Origin: Octopus sinensis
Taxonomy: Eukaryota
Length of the DNA stretch: 64,000 nt
Direction: 5' to 3'
Assembly: GCF_006345805.1 (NCBI RefSeq)
Contig: NC_043006.1
Span: 75,578,001 to 75,642,000, forward strand
Shown one piece after another: positions 1-10,795 of this stretch. Made by a program: the position numbers and the translations under genes. How positions within the stretch are numbered: position 1 is the first letter of the stretch; each line of letters opens with the position of its first letter. The notes under the pieces were generated by a model that made no database searches, was not told the origin of the DNA, and was given only the letters and a program-made list of their open reading frames with translations.

Positions 1-1
1 A

Positions 2-334
2 AGTAACTCTAAGGTTATAAATTCTATATACCAATGTATAATCAGTACTCGTAATAAAGTACGATTTTACATTGGAAGCACATCGTTAGAGTTATCTAAA
101 AGAATTTCTATCTATTACTTAACATTTAGGGATAGAAATAAACGGAATAGTACCGGTCTCAGCAAACTGATTTGGGATTTAAAAGACCACAATGAACAAT
201 TACATTTAGAATGGTTGATTCTCTCAATTTCAATACCATATGACAAAGGCAAGAAATTCTGTCTTCTCTGCAATTCTGAGCTATTTTTCATTATTTTTTC
301 TAAAAATACTCTATTAAACACGGTTATGATTTGA
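2..334 (+). mobile_element. Penelope-like element GIY-YIG endonuclease fragment (open frame, no start codon; missed by ORF track)
   Basis: Frame 2 reads SNSKVINSIYQCIISTRNKVRFYIGSTSLELSKRI...TGLSKLIWDLKD...LEWLIL...PYDKGKKFCLLCNSE...LLN*. This matches the PLE endonuclease pattern IY..YIG.T...LS..IW.LK...W.IL...PY...C.LC..E. Confidence 0.75.
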
Positions 335-359
335 TTTTGATTTTTTGATTTTGATTTTT

Positions 360-412
360 CCAGTTTCAGCTTATGAGCTGTGGCCATGCTGGGGCACCGC
401 CATTTGGTATTG
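360..412 (-). mobile_element. SINE family A 3' fragment
   Basis: cagtttcagcttatgagctgtggccatgctggggcaccgcc resembles the reverse complement of the SINE A tail; a similar piece lies at 58478-58520. Confidence 0.5.
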
Positions 413-430
413 CTACTTGGTTTCACTTCA

Positions 431-625
431 TGAAGGCTTTCTAGCAGCTGCTATTTGGTGCATGAGAGAGTTCGATGCAGCTGCCCTCATCTGCCCCTCC
501 TGCCGTGAAGTTGGTTCATCTGGGACACCTGACAGGAAGAGATCCAGCTTCATTTTAAAGACATCTGTATCCACCCCATGCAGGTCTCTCAGGTTCTTCG
601 GGAGGATATTGAAGAGCTGTGGGCC
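431..625 (-). mobile_element. LINE ORF2 C-terminus (CR1/Jockey-group-like), cut by the gap
   Basis: GPQLFNILPKNLRDLHGVDTDVFKMKLDLFLSGVPDEP...AAASNSLMHQ fits the LFN.LP..R...FK..LD..L..VPD.P end of LINE RT ORFs. Confidence 0.65.
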
Positions 626-725
626 NNNNNNNNNNNNNNNNNNNNNNNNNNNNNNNNNNNNNNNNNNNNNNNNNNNNNNNNNNNNNNNNNNNNNNNNNNN
701 NNNNNNNNNNNNNNNNNNNNNNNNN
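626..725. other. Assembly gap (100 N)
   Basis: Exactly 100 N. Unrelated retroelements lie on either side. Confidence 1.
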
Positions 726-726
726 T

Positions 727-1212
727 TCACTGCCAACTCGTACAATATTGCTCACTTCACTTTCAGGACTGCATTTATATATCTATTTTTGCTGCTGCTG
801 TTTAGCAGGTGCTGCCTGAGTGATATCATACGGCATTCGAGGGCCGTCTGCACTGATTTCAGGTCTCTATTACCTTCATTTCTTCTTAGGTAGAGCCTGT
901 CAACATCACTGTTTCTGTGGAAGGTCCCAGTTGTTGTCAGGATTTCCTCTATAGTCCAATCAAGTATCCCAAATGTTGGGATCAGTACTGCTACTGCAAA
1001 TGCATTGTGGGATATTGTTTTGTCTTAAGAGGAGAGTTCCGACCACCATATTTTCTTAAGTTTGGTGTAATATTCTCGGGTCACCATATCTTTATTCACA
1101 GTGCCTTTATATAATACATTTTCGTCAATGCCTAGGTAGTTGTAACATTCCTTGTGGAATGGGGGAGATAGAGAAACCGTTGATACACAGGTTTTGGGTA
1201 TAGAGGTCTGAT
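727..1212 (-). mobile_element. R4/Dong-like non-LTR retrotransposon RT fragment (degenerate)
   Basis: Minus strand reads ECYNYLGIDENVLY...EYYTKLKKIWWSELSS*DKTISHNAFAVAVLIPTFGILDWTIEEI..LTTTGTFHRNSDVDRLYLRRNEGNRDLKS. This covers the RT YLG motif and the downstream region typical of RLE-clade elements. Confidence 0.75.
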
Positions 1213-1222
1213 TTCCTTAGAT

Positions 1223-1570
1223 ATGTATGTGTGTGTGTGTGTGTTGAATGTATGTATGTCTGTATGTATGTATGTATGTATGTATGTATGTATGTATGTA
1301 TGTATGCATGTATGTATGTATGTATGTATGCATGTATGTATGTACATATGTATGTGTGTTGTATGTATGTCATTCAGTTTATTTCAAGATTTCTTGCCAT
1401 TGGAGAAAGAACCGGTTTCTCACCTAGATCCAAGCTTCCTTCATTGGAATTTCAACATCAACAGGGTATTTTTGTTTGTTTGTATGTATGTATGTATGTA
1501 TGTATGTATATATGTATGCATGTATGTATGTAAGTATGTATGTATGTATGTATGTATGTATGTATGTGTG
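1223..1570. repeat. (TATG)n/(TG)n microsatellites flanking a short interspersed-repeat fragment
   Basis: Seen directly; source of the spurious MYVC/HTYI ORFs. Confidence 0.9.
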
Positions 1571-2289
1571 TGTGTGTATATATGTACAGATTTGTATGTT
1601 TTATGTATGTATTCTCATGTATATCGTTACATACCTTGACATGCTCATATATATTTTAATGACAGTACGTATGTGTATCTTTCTTCTTTTATCTTTTACT
1701 CGTTTCAGTCATTAGACGATGGCCATGCAGTTGAATAAATGGAACCCAGCACATTTTGTAAAGCCTGGTACTTTCTTCTGTCTTCCGCAAGTCGATCTTC
1801 AGAATGCGTTCCAACTAATTTTTCCACCGTCTAGGCTTAAAAAAAAGCCCTTATTGTTGGTTTCCTTGTCCTGTTTTTATTCATTATGTCTACCGTTTTT
1901 TTCTTCATTTGTATTGCTTTTACGTCCTGTTCTTGTCACTTTTTTTACCCCTCTGCAAAAGAAGTCTATTTAATTCATTTTGCAGAAAGGACTGCTTCGA
2001 CCGGATCGTGTTCTGCCCTTACCTTCGTAACACGCATTGAGTCGAACCAGGGGCAGCTGGTGAAGGGGAATATTCCTTGGATTGTTTGTCTTGTACTCTG
2101 TTTTTTATTGTTAAAAAAAGGTCGGTTTCCTTGTTTAATTTTATGTTTTCGTTTCTCGTTGTGTTCTACGTTTATTTGTGGTGTCCTGTACTCATATATG
2201 CAAGTATATATACACATAGATGTAGGTATGTACATATATGTATGTATGCATATGTTTTATTTATTAAATTGTTATTATATATATGTACG

Positions 2290-2325
<36 letters not shown>

Positions 2326-2836
2326 ACGTGCACCTGCTACCCACTGTATCCAACTAAGTAATGACATCTAGGGAATATTCTCCCACGGAAAAGAAATCTG
2401 CGTTACTTAGAAAGAAAGAGAGAGAGGGGAGGAAACAGAAGTGAGATAAGGACCGAAAGGGGGGAAGGAGAGAGAGAGAGAGTAAAAGATAAAGAGGGAG
2501 AGGGAGAGGGGGGGATAAAAAGAGAGAATAAGAGAGGAAAAGAAAACTGTGTGTGCTGATATTACAAACTTACACATCCTCTTGTGTTATTCTGGAAATC
2601 TAAGCGGACACTATCCTAACATGCTGAGTAGACTTTTAATTGCTATGTTAGAACTGCTAACGCAATGATTGGGTCTATTTTTAACGGGTACTTGAGTTTG
2701 TTGTCACTAATTCGAATGTTCCTCATGAAAATACAGAGATACACCAGAAACAATATAGACGTTAACAATAACAGCAAAAAATGTACGTATGTATGTATGT
2801 ATGTATGTATGTATGTATGTATGTATGTATGTATCC

Positions 2837-2890
<54 letters not shown>

Positions 2891-3267
2891 ACATACATAC
2901 TTACATATATATATATATACATTAAGGGCTCCTAAATAAAGATGCCGAGTGCTGGGAACACAAAAAGGGGATGAATTTATCGAGAGTGAAAATCAAAAAC
3001 GTTTACCGATAACTTTAACAACTCGTACCGCGGTTTCTGCTTCTTTCTAGCAAAACACAGAATATGTTTGCTAAGGCCAGCTTCATCAGCGAGTCGCCTG
3101 AATTTAATCGAGGTCTGCAGCGATGTGGGACTATGTGTTAAACCCGACTACTAGCAGATCTTAACTTTTCAAATCTCTGCGCAGACGCAAAATTTACACG
3201 GGCATGCCGGGAAGAATTTTACGAATAAATTCATCATGTAGTATGCGAATATAAACAAGAATATATA

Positions 3268-3498
3268 CAGTGTACATTTGAACACATAAGAGATGGCCAT
3301 CATCGGACAGTTAAACCGCTTGGAGGAGTAGTAAAAATCCAAACCACAATTAGGGGTAATTCCGAAAGGGAATGAAAAATAAAAACATTTACCATTTATT
3401 TCCTGGACCATAGCAATAATTGTGGTTTGGATTTTAACTACTCCTAGCGGTTTTGATGTCCGATTATCACCATCTCTTATGTGTTTAAATGCACGCTA
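3268..3498. mobile_element. Fold-back MITE with ~85-bp inverted arms, TA-flanked (Tc1/mariner-type)
   Basis: 3268-3352 is the reverse complement of 3417-3498 (about 85% by eye). It starts TA|CAGTG and ends in a TA run. Confidence 0.7.
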
Positions 3499-3562
3499 TA
3501 TATATAATGACGCTATACATACATACATACATACATACGTACATAGATACATACATAAATGC

Positions 3563-3599
<37 letters not shown>

Positions 3600-3779
3600 T
3601 ATATATAAAAATATATATGTACTGCTCGCGAACCCACGTGCGTACTTATACGTCACTATGAAAACATACACATCTTCACTCGCATTTTTCGCCAAATATA
3701 TACGCATATATATACAACCTCATACACACACACATGCGTACGGTAAAAGTTCATACATACGTCTATATACGCACAAACA

Positions 3780-4622
3780 CAAGAAAAACCATGGTTAAAG
3801 ATAACAGAAAAAAAAACATAAGGAAGTATACAAAGCATAAAAACCACGCACATATACGGATAAGGCCCTATGCACTCATACACACACAGGCCCATATATG
3901 TACATACCCAAACATATTTATATACGCATACATACACAAGCATATACAAAAATTGAATATACATATTGCCCCCCCCCCAATTTTTTTAAAAAATACTAAG
4001 TAAAAACGTCTATATATATATGTGCATTCTTATGCCCGCACACACGCACACATCTAAAACTGCCCACTCATACATATTCACACACGTGTACAAATGAATT
4101 TATATACACGTCTATATAGGCACAGGAAAAAATGCAGGATAGAAAAGTACAGAAAAAATTATTATGTGTGAAAATATGAAAAAAATATATAAAAGAATAT
4201 ATATAAAAAATATTAAAAAAAATATGAAATAATAAAAGGTATAATGAAGTAAAAAACTTTTTGGGACATAACATAGAAAGCATGTTCTATCTGTTTACTT
4301 TAGGGGACCAAAAACGTAACAAAAATTTAGTCACATATGGGCATGATCCGAAAAGTTCTGTCCTTGAGTTTAGACATGTAGTAGGGTCTAAGCTGCTTTT
4401 CCAGATAAGCCATATCTCCATGTCGCATAGACCGCACCTTCCGCTGTCGTTGGTATAGGGCTTACATTTGGCCAAAATCTTCCAATGTGTGTTATAATCG
4501 ACACCGTTATCTTTTAAAGACCAAATATGATTAGATAATTTTGTCGCTTTTCTTTCGTTTCAGTGCCTAAAACTCAAGGTGTGGTTATTGAACCTGGCCT
4601 TGAAATTACCCTCTGTATAGTT
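3780..4622 (-). mobile_element. Penelope-like element 3' part: GIY-YIG C-half (4290-4622, frameshifted) plus putative 3' UTR
   Basis: TEGNFKARFNNHTLSFRH*..ATKLSNHIWSF / DNGVDYNTHWKILAKCKPYTNDSGRCGLCDME..LNSRTELFGSCPYVTKFLL. The UTR extent is inferred. Confidence 0.75.
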
Positions 4623-4860
4623 CAACTAAAGCTATCTATACATGGCACGTATTTATAAAAAGCAAAAACATTTCTGACCAGTGACAGTCTAGTAACGCTA
4701 GTGAAGAAACTATACGTAATACTTTGATGGTATGGAGGAACCAAATCGATTTTCTAGCTGTGAATCTCTAAACATGATACACTACCATTTAGATATATCA
4801 CTTAAGAATGCAGAATCTATTTATTAAAACGATATATGCGTTTTAGTTTACTGACATAAA
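4623..4860 (+). repeat. 238-bp direct repeat, copy 1 (copy 2 at 6540-6777)
   Basis: The copies are identical except tacactAccattt vs tacactGccattt. Confidence 0.95.
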
Positions 4861-5008
4861 TTTGTGTATGTATGTATGTATGTATGTATGTATATATATA
4901 TATAATATATATATCAATATATATATATCATATATATATATACATACACACACACACACACGCACACACACACACACACATACACACACACACCACACAC
5001 ACACACAC

Positions 5009-5049
<41 letters not shown>

Positions 5050-5153
5050 TACATACATAGATACATTTCTGTCGTTATTGTTACCGTCTATTATGTTTCT
5101 GGTGTATCTGTATTTTCATGCCGGAACATTCGAAGTAGTGACAACAAACCCAA

Positions 5154-5376
5154 GTACACCTGTGCCTGTGAGCTACACCGGCACCTATGAGCCATGCCTG
5201 CGCCTATGAGCTACGCCTGCACTTATGAGCCACGCCTGTGCCTACGAGTCACCCTTGCGCCTATGAATCACACCTGCACCTATAAGCCACGCCTGCGCCC
5301 ATCAACCATATCTGCGCTTATGAGTCACGCCTTCGCCTATGAACCATGCCTACGCCAATGAACCACCCCTGCACCA
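5154..5376. repeat. 19-bp GC-rich minisatellite, ~12 copies, consensus AGCCACGCCTGCGCCTATG
   Basis: The 'tatga' anchor ends at 5190, 5209 and 5228, giving a 19-bp period. Confidence 0.9.
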
Positions 5377-5399
5377 GGCTGAAATATTTATTTATCTAT

Positions 5400-5582
5400 G
5401 ATTCTTTTTTAGTTCTTGTGGGGAGGAAGCTAGTCGATTTCATCGATCCCAGTGCCCGATTGGTACTTGTTTCATCGACCACAAAGGTATGGAAGGCGAG
5501 ATCAACCTCGGCGGAACTTGATCTCAGAATGAAAAGACAAACGAAATGCCTCTAAGCATATTGCTAACGATCTGTCAGCTTG
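5400..5582 (-). mobile_element. SINE family B, degenerate
   Basis: Similar to the SINE B core gtcgat..ccagtgc..ctggtact..atcgacc..aaggcga..acctcggcggaa. Confidence 0.6.
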
Positions 5583-6014
5583 ATGCCTTGTCTGTGTTAT
5601 GAATACTACTGTAGCGTGCAGCCGATTTATCTAGCGTGGCGCCAATTCAAAACAGCCGGCAATATGACGTAATGTCGTATTGCCGAGGAAATATGATTGT
5701 CATCTTCCCATTGGTTTAAATAACTGCTCATATATGAATTCTGAAAATTAGTAAAAGAATATTTTTATGCAATTTCAATTCTTTAAAGTCAAGTTGAGCA
5801 GATATAAAAACCCTGGATTTTGGGGGAAATCTGTAGTGTTTGTGGTTGTCTAAATGAATCCATGTCACTCAAATCCAGAGTAATGGGTACCATGAGAAAT
5901 ACTCTTTAAAAGTCCCACACCTATTATGGTTGTCATGTTTCATTGGTTAAGCCTAAGAATTAGCTAGAAAAATAATATACGTATGAATGTATATAAATAA
6001 ACTATATAAAATGA

Positions 6015-6360
6015 CGAGCAAAACGCCCCCAAATTTTCTCAAAACAACTTGTCCGACTGTCCCATAGGCCTCCCCTTTGATGAACACTGATTTAACCTAC
6101 ATTTGAGACACCAGCAAAAGAAGAAATAAAGATAGAATTTTTTCTATTCCAAGGAAAACGATTTTACAAATGCACGTTCCCACGGTTTTATCGATCGCAT
6201 TCTCACCTGGAATCGATTTTGTAATTTTTTCAAGACTTCTACACGCTCTGATACCGTCGGTATCTACGTATCAAATTTGAGCGCAATCGGATGGAGGATG
6301 CCCGAGATCCTAGAAGACACACACACAGACAGACAAACAGAACGGATTTTATATAATAGA
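6015..6360 (-). mobile_element. Non-autonomous Helitron, short deletion derivative of the 12879-13893 element
   Basis: Minus strand starts A|TCTATTATATAAAATCCG, has a (ctgt)n/(gt)n tract, and ends CTCG|T. It is colinear with both ends of 12879-13893. Confidence 0.8.
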
Positions 6361-6539
6361 TATTTCATCTTTCTTCAATTCTTCCTAAGAACATCATTAG
6401 CAACATGAGATAACATATGCTGTGGAAGAGTCAAGCCTGAAAAATGTTGCTTAGTTTACAGACAGTAGTCTGCTCCAAACCTGACGCAGTAATGTACGAA
6501 AACATTCAAACTTACTGAGACATCATTGCGTACATCAAG

Positions 6540-6777
6540 CAACTAAAGCTATCTATACATGGCACGTATTTATAAAAAGCAAAAACATTTCTGACCAGTG
6601 ACAGTCTAGTAACGCTAGTGAAGAAACTATACGTAATACTTTGATGGTATGGAGGAACCAAATCGATTTTCTAGCTGTGAATCTCTAAACATGATACACT
6701 GCCATTTAGATATATCACTTAAGAATGCAGAATCTATTTATTAAAACGATATATGCGTTTTAGTTTACTGACATAAA
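6540..6777 (+). repeat. 238-bp direct repeat, copy 2
   Basis: See 4623-4860. Confidence 0.95.
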
Positions 6778-7050
6778 ATATTTGGCATACAGCGTATCAA
6801 TGCTGCACAGTTTGAGACACGTTGTGTAATGCATATATATATATATATATCTAACCACTAAGCAGACGAAAATTAACCATATATACACGCACAAGAGACG
6901 TTTAATAAAACGATATATGCGTTTCAATTTACTTTCGTAAAATATTTAGCACACTATGTGTCACTACTGCACAGTATGAAACACGTAGTGAAATACATAT
7001 ATCTAACTACTAACAGACGAAAATCATACGTTTATGCACAAACAAATATA
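6738..7050. repeat. Old diverged tandem duplication (~160-bp units)
   Basis: taaaacgatatatgcgttt...aaatattt..gca...ctgcacagt..ga.acacgt...tctaac.actaa.cagacgaaaat occurs twice. Confidence 0.7.
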
Positions 7051-7194
7051 CGCACAGATACGTGTTCACGGCATATATTCATATTTGTTTGTCTTCTCCT
7101 GAGCTTATATAATACTCTTCCTTTTGTTTCTGTTTCATGTGTGTGTAAATATATATAGACGTTATCAATGGCACACATACACACACACACTATG

Positions 7195-7254
<60 letters not shown>

Positions 7255-7592
7255 TTCCTAGTTTCGGCGGGGGAGGTTGAAATTTGATATTATTATGATG
7301 AGTGGTCACTCTACATCTATCCATCACTACAGGTTTATAGCTTTATGTTTATAGAGTGTATGTGCGTGCATATACACACACATACATATATACATACATA
7401 CATGCATACACAGGCGTATGTACGTACACACATACATATATACATACATACATGCATACACAGGCGTATGTACGTACATACATACATAGACACATACATA
7501 CATGCATACATGCGTGTATGCATACATACACACATACATACGTACATATATATGACGAACTAACTGTTACTTTCTCAGATGCAGCACGGATT

Positions 7593-7642
7593 TTTGTCAG
7601 TGAACAGGTCGCGGATTTTAGCGACGAAAATATTTTGACAAA
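7593..7642 (+). ncRNA. Minimal type-I hammerhead ribozyme fold, G3-C8 core variant, within a short repeat (~7577-7716)
   Basis: UUUGUCA-GUGAACA-G-GUCGC-(8 nt)-GCGAC-GAAA-A-UA-UUU-UGACAAA: 7-bp stem I, 5-bp stem II and palindromic AAUAUU stem III. Activity is untested. Confidence 0.7.
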
Positions 7643-7754
7643 TTAAACTTAAATGTTCAAGTGAATCGAACGGCTTTTGTGTGTTTCTTAAATGGCTTAC
7701 AAACACCTTCTACGCTGCAATTGTATATATATATATATGCTTATATATATATAT

Positions 7755-7880
7755 ATCACTGTCATCACCGTGACCGACCAGGCTATCAGATGTTGCTACA
7801 CATCGCTGGTGACAATGCGCTTCGCATTGTGTTTTTTTAGCCATCAAATGACGCTACCCCGCTGGCTAAGGAAGCAGGCA
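7755..7880 (-). mobile_element. SINE tail-Y fragment
   Basis: Matches the 3' part of 24571-24875 and 57034-57330. Confidence 0.75.
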
Positions 7881-7946
<66 letters not shown>

Positions 7947-8434
7947 TGCATATATGAGTACAAAACATCACCAACAATGCAAGTAACATGCACATGAAAT
8001 ATAGATACAAGAAGTGGAGAGTAATTACAGGAAAAAAAAAACGAGTGAAGTTCGTAAACAACGAGGTAAAAAAGGGATTACAAGACAAGTTAACACAGAA
8101 AAAGGCCCCTTCATCAGTTTCCGGTTGTCTATCTACCCCTCATTTCGAGCATTCAAAGACTGTAGCTCCCGCAAATAATAAAATAAAATTTAGGATTTAT
8201 GGAGGTTAAAAGTTGGGAGCAAAAACATAACAGTGAGGAAAACGAATGAAAACAGTTGTGTCTGTTTTCGTTCGGTTTCCTTATAAATGAATGTATTGTA
8301 TGTATGTATATACATATATATATATATACATATATTCGTATATATGTATATATGTATATATATATATATTTATGTATGTATATGTATTTATACGTATATA
8401 CATATGTATATATATATATGTATGTATATATGTG

Positions 8435-8465
<31 letters not shown>

Positions 8466-8486
8466 GTATATATGTATATATATATA

Positions 8487-9053
8487 CACTACCGTCAGAA
8501 ATTAATTAGCACCCTTGATTTGCTCACCATGAAGCATGGTGGGGGTGGTCTGATGGTGTGAGGGGCGTTCAGCTACAATGGTGTTGGGCGGCTCTATGCC
8601 GTCGAAGAAGGCATCATCGCAGCAAAGTACGTTGAGATAGTACGGGATACCTCTTTGGTGGCGAGGAGTACGTGCTGGCCAGTCACCTGACCTGAACCCT
8701 ATTGAGAACCTCTGGAGTCGATTGGGTAGGGATTTGAATGTGCAGCAATACAGGAACCGACACGAGCTGTTTGGGGCACTTCTTGCTGCATGAGGGGCCA
8801 TCCCTGCACAGTACCTGCAGGCACTCATAGACAGCATGCCGACCCGCGTAGCAGCTGTCATTGCTGCCAAAGGAGGAGCAACAAGATATTGACTAAATTT
8901 CACGATTAATAACAATTATGTGGTGTGCTGGGATATGTTTTAATAAATTTTTGATTAAAAACGAGTTCGTTTCTGATAATAAGTTAATTAAATTAACAAA
9001 ATGTAAGAAAATGTAGAAATTTGAGAAGTGCTAATTAATTTCCGACGCAAGTG
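8487..9053 (+). mobile_element. Internally deleted Tc1-family DNA transposon
   Basis: TIRs CACTACCGTCAGAAATTAATTAGCAC / GTGCTAATTAATTTCCGACGCAAGTG with TA on both sides. Residual [15 protein letters not shown]...SPDLNPIENLW...IDSMPTRVAAVIAAKGGATRY*. Confidence 0.9.
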
Positions 9054-9129
9054 TATATGTATATATGTAAAGATACATATATATATATGTATATATATAT
9101 ATATATGTTTGTGTGTGTATGTATATATG

Positions 9130-9555
9130 CATATATATCGCCCAAGCCTAACCTTTCTGTCCATGCAACATCTTCCCTGTGCCTATGAAATCTGGTATCC
9201 CTGCCGTAAGGCTTTACTTCTCCACACGCCAGCTCAATTTAATTTGTCCTTAGTCGAAAGATACCTGTTGTTATGTCCTGTTGTTTGTATTTGTGTAACC
9301 TTCTCCGTTTTTTTCCGCCCTTTCTTTCGTATACATTCGCTGCTTTCTTCCAGGAATATAATGCTCTTCGCTTAGTTTTTCCTTGGGGCTAGCCAGATTG
9401 GAACAATCTCGAGTATAACCAGCCGAAATTGGAAAGATAAATTGGAACACTACTGAGGAAAGAAAACTCCGAATAACCCGTCTTTGTTTTCTTTGTATCG
9501 TCTATCTTGATGTTTTGTTGTCTATTTCTTGTCTATTGCTTCGAAAAGTATATGC
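9130..9555 (+). mobile_element. Probable PLE 3' end relic
   Basis: Weak endonuclease-end-like translation (IFP...YF..QLN) and a broken CUGAGGA..GAAU motif at 9453-9484. Confidence 0.3.
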
Positions 9556-10529
9556 AATAAGATCGGCTGGCTGCTGTCTCTAGCCTGGAGCTTGACCAGT
9601 ACCGAAGAAGGGAACCGGCGGCCAGAAACCAACGGCTAGAAGGGAGCAGTGATCTCCCTTGCTTACACTTTGTCTAGGACATGGATCATGTGTCGATAAA
9701 CCAGCTGGAAAAGATGTTTTCCTGGGGTTAGAAAGTAATAACATATTCCTATTCAGGACTTCCACGTTATGTTGGCAAATAAACTTTAGTATTCAGATCT
9801 GTTACTACATAAATCTCAATAAGAGATTTAAAACTAGTTGTTTTCTCCTATATCTATATATACATGTATATGTAATATTGGAAGTCTGTTCGTTTTTATT
9901 TTTCAACTGACTGGAAACACGGTCGCTAAATGTAAAAACCTCTCCAACAAATTATAAAGATTAGCTGAACATATTTATAGCATCAGTAACGGTATCATTG
10001 TCATAAAACATATATGACGTCATAAACATATCCTGTCTTTGAAACGGTCTACGAATAGAGTCTCCTTGATATTCCCAATGCTATTTAGCCTCCTTCTATC
10101 ATCAAATCATTTACAGAAGTAAAGGGTGGGAAAGACAAAGAAAGAAAGAGAGAAGGAGAGAGAGAGATATTTGGCAGAGAGAATGAGAGTGAAAGATAAC
10201 AGACAGAATACACTGAACTTACATGGAAGCAAAGCCATTTAGGAAATTGGTTTCGGTTTTTATTCTTTAACGTCTTTGTATATTTTCTTTTTGATATAGA
10301 AAGATCAATATTTCTGAGATTTATAAGATCTTACATAAGTTCTGAGGGAGTTTTAGAAAAGACTGATTTACCATTTTTTCGTTCTCTATATCTTCCTACA
10401 CTTGTTCTGTAATGACCACTTAAATACGGTGCACTTAGTAAGAATACCCGGCGTTATTCAAGTTGAAAGGGAATTATAAATAGATCAGATTTGGACTTAA
10501 ATAAATAAAATAAGTTAAATGCACCCTTT

Positions 10530-10743
10530 TAAAGCCCAGCCAGGCTCATGGAACCGGTTTCCCGGTTTCTATGGCTTTATGTGTTCCCGCAGCGTTACTC
10601 ATTTTTGCCTGCTGTGTGGACTGGAGCAACGTGAAATGAAGTATTTTGCTCAAGAACACAATGCATCGCCCGGTCCAGGAATCGAAACCACAATCTTACA
10701 ATCGTGATGCTGACACTCTAACCACTAAACCACGCGTTTCCAC
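10530..10743 (-). mobile_element. tRNA-derived SINE, core D with tail Z
   Basis: A box tggtttagtgg and B box ggtttcgattcc. Tail gaaaccgggaaaccgg..atgagcc is shared with 27875-28155. Confidence 0.75.
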
Positions 10744-10795
10744 ATAGATTTGGACTTAACGAAGGTATATTCATTTTAATATGAGACTGTTGGAA

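Noticed and set aside
345-893. ORFs spanning the N run (up to 182 aa)
   Set aside because: They cross a 100-N gap joining unrelated retroelements.
3052-3093. CUGAUGA-A-GCU..AGC-AAAC hammerhead-like motif on the minus strand
   Set aside because: G12 is missing and stems I and III are broken; at best a dead relic.
6418-6460. CUGUGGAAGAG..GAAAA resembling the U6 family
   Set aside because: Stems II and I do not pair convincingly.
8030-8180. CUGANGAAGGG motif shared with ~2065 and ~32075
   Set aside because: These look like relics of one PLE-type terminus, but no GAAA follows a stem II, so no ribozyme is called.
9453-9484. CUGAGGA..GAAUA motif
   Set aside because: A15.1 is altered and there is no stem I.
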